Both the position numbers and the translations under genes were made by a program. A DNA stretch of 64,000 nucleotides, taken from Mobula hypostoma. Lineage: Eukaryota. Every line of letters begins with the position of its first letter. The first letter of the stretch is position 1. The notes under the pieces were generated by a model. The model made no database searches, had not been told where the DNA came from, and worked only from the letters and a program-made list of their open reading frames with translations. Of the stretch, positions 63,277-64,000 are shown in pieces. The DNA is taken from positions 35,032,001 to 35,096,000 of the forward strand of contig NC_086109.1 in assembly GCF_963921235.1 (NCBI RefSeq), written 5' to 3'.

Positions 63277-64000
63277 TGGATTCCAGACCTAATCAGTTCC
63301 CCCTACCACCACTCTGCTCCGTCTAGCGGAATTAGTCCTTACTCTTAATAATTTCTCCTTTGGCTCCTCCAACTTCCTCCACACTAAAGGTGTAGCTATG
63401 GGCACCCGTATGGTCCTAGCTATGCCTGCCTTTTTGTTGGCTTTGTGGAACAATCTATGTTCCGTGCCTATTCTGGTATCTGCCCCCCACTTTTCCTTCG
63501 CTACATCGACGACTGCATTGGTGCTGCTTCCTGCACGCATGCTGAGCTCGTTGACTTTATTAACTTTGCCTCCAACTTTCACCCTGCCCTCAAGTTTACC
63601 TGGTCCATTTCTGACACCTCCCTCCCCTTTCTAGATCTTTCTGTCTCTATGTCTGGAGACAGCTTATCCACTGATGTCTACTATAAACCTACTGACTCTC
63701 ACAGCTATCTGGACTATTCCTCTTCTCACCCTGTCTCTTGCAAAAATGCCATCCCCTTCTCACAATTCCTCCGTCTTCGCCACATCTGCTCTCAGGATGA
63801 GGCTTTTCATTCCAGGACGAGGGAGATGTCCTCCTTTTTTAAAGAAAGGGGCTTCCCTTCCTCTACCATCAACTCTGCTCACAAGCGCATCTCCCCCATT
63901 TCACGCACATCTGCTGTCACTCCATCCTCCTGCTGCCCCACTAGGAATAGGGTTCCCCTGGTCCTCACCTACCACCCCACCAGCCTCCGGATCCAACATA
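63277..64000 (+). mobile_element. Relatively young Penelope-like element RT region, runs off the window
   Basis: RPNQFP..TLLRLAELVLTLNNFSF, GVAMGTRMGP, LFLRYIDD, YKPTDSHSYLDY, IPFSQFLRLR, RVPLVLTYHP. Confidence 0.93.

Overview
Eukaryotic (vertebrate) non-genic/intronic DNA dominated by transposable elements. The mix of CR1 LINEs with an SGNH-esterase ORF1, Penelope-like elements, Rex/Babar, RTE and Tc1/mariner suggests a cartilaginous fish (inference). There are no prokaryotic systems, CRISPR arrays, rRNA or bona fide tRNA genes. Main items: (1) a young, complete, internally deleted Gmr1-like Gypsy LTR element (13228-18228, 877-bp LTRs about 99.4% identical, AGTG TSD) with one 991-aa Gag/SCAN-CCHC-protease ORF fused to integrase and RT scraps; (2) an old Gypsy element (about 57509-60210) whose pol is replaced by an intronless RBM25 mRNA fragment in frame with the protease linker; (3) minimal hammerhead-ribozyme motifs in Penelope tails, best at 10113-10150, 35540-35577 and 36063-36100; (4) a near-intact CR1, a Tc1 copy, solo LTRs, a twin-primed RTE, a palindromic mariner derivative and a hAT MITE; (5) one candidate host terminal coding exon on the minus strand (42209-42352), gene not identified. 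Family names come from motif recognition by eye, and boundaries of decayed elements are approximate.
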